NCBI GenBank assembly: GCA_964270895.1
Contig: OZ185438.1
Direction: 5' to 3' (one strand)
Origin: Podarcis filfolensis
Lineage: Eukaryota
Length of the DNA stretch: 64,000 nucleotides
This document shows, piece after piece, positions 63,757 through 64,000 of this stretch; within the stretch, counting starts at the first letter, position 1; every line of letters starts with the position of its first letter. Under the pieces are notes generated by a model. The model did no database searches. It saw nothing but the letters and a program-made list of their open reading frames with translations, and was not told where the DNA came from. A program made the position numbers and the translations under genes.

Positions 63757-63804
<48 letters not shown>
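62872..63804 (+). mobile_element. L2 LINE 3' fragment interrupted by a MITE, with (TAT)n tail
   Basis: VTSRLDYYNALYVGLPLETVQKLQVVQN...HITPILARLHWLPMSFRVQFKVLALTYKAL; terminus TGTGAACTGCCCTGAG. Confidence 0.85.
63090..63307 (+). mobile_element. Tigger/pogo-like MITE nested in L2
   Basis: Same family as the 13353 and 26985 copies; TA TSD at 63088-89 and 63308-09. Confidence 0.88.
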
Positions 63805-64000
63805 CCACCCAATATCCTTTGAACTGTGGATGTCGGGGAGTCAAACTGTGTTCCACCTCTGACCACCCACCACCCTTCCCTGTCTAGGAAGCAGTGGGAG
63901 ACAATCGGTCCATCTAGTTCAATACTGTCCACACTGATTGGCAGTGCCTCTCCTTGGAAATCCAGATTAGCCTTCCAGATATGTTTACCTCTTCCTTTAG

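Noticed and set aside
1-64000. CRISPR arrays, operons, rRNA or tRNA genes
   Set aside because: This is eukaryotic intron-rich DNA; the tRNA-like boxes belong to SINE heads, and no repeat-spacer array was seen.

Overview
Vertebrate genomic DNA from a squamate reptile. The Sauria SINE and the MITE, CR1 and L2 repertoire suggest a lacertid such as Podarcis (inference). The + strand carries a 5'-partial PICALM (CALM) gene. Exon 1 and the promoter lie upstream of the window. Exons 2-21 (human numbering) were read by hand with intact splice sites and frame, ending IQFM* at 54987-55001, followed by a roughly 1.6 kb 3'UTR. The last four coding exons of CCDC83 lie on the - strand (58371-62805), convergent with PICALM, as in human. 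Best second-look items: (1) a PICALM cassette exon at 53321-53423 that would replace the IQFM C-terminus with an AP180/SNAP91-like ...KDPFAELSLQDFL* tail, with its stop only 10 nt before the donor and two downstream UGCAUG sites; (2) two extra in-frame 84-nt exons after exon 13, one with two NPF motifs, inside a run of five frame-neutral phase-1 exons; (3) the 24-nt NGMHFPQY microexon; (4) two GC-AG introns; (5) a 78-bp inverted duplication within a MITE that looks like a template-switch event; (6) a CpG-rich LTR-like insert with atypical termini. Most ORFs in the supplied track are spurious. Comparisons to human proteins are from memory and need alignment. Repeat boundaries are approximate unless a TSD is quoted.
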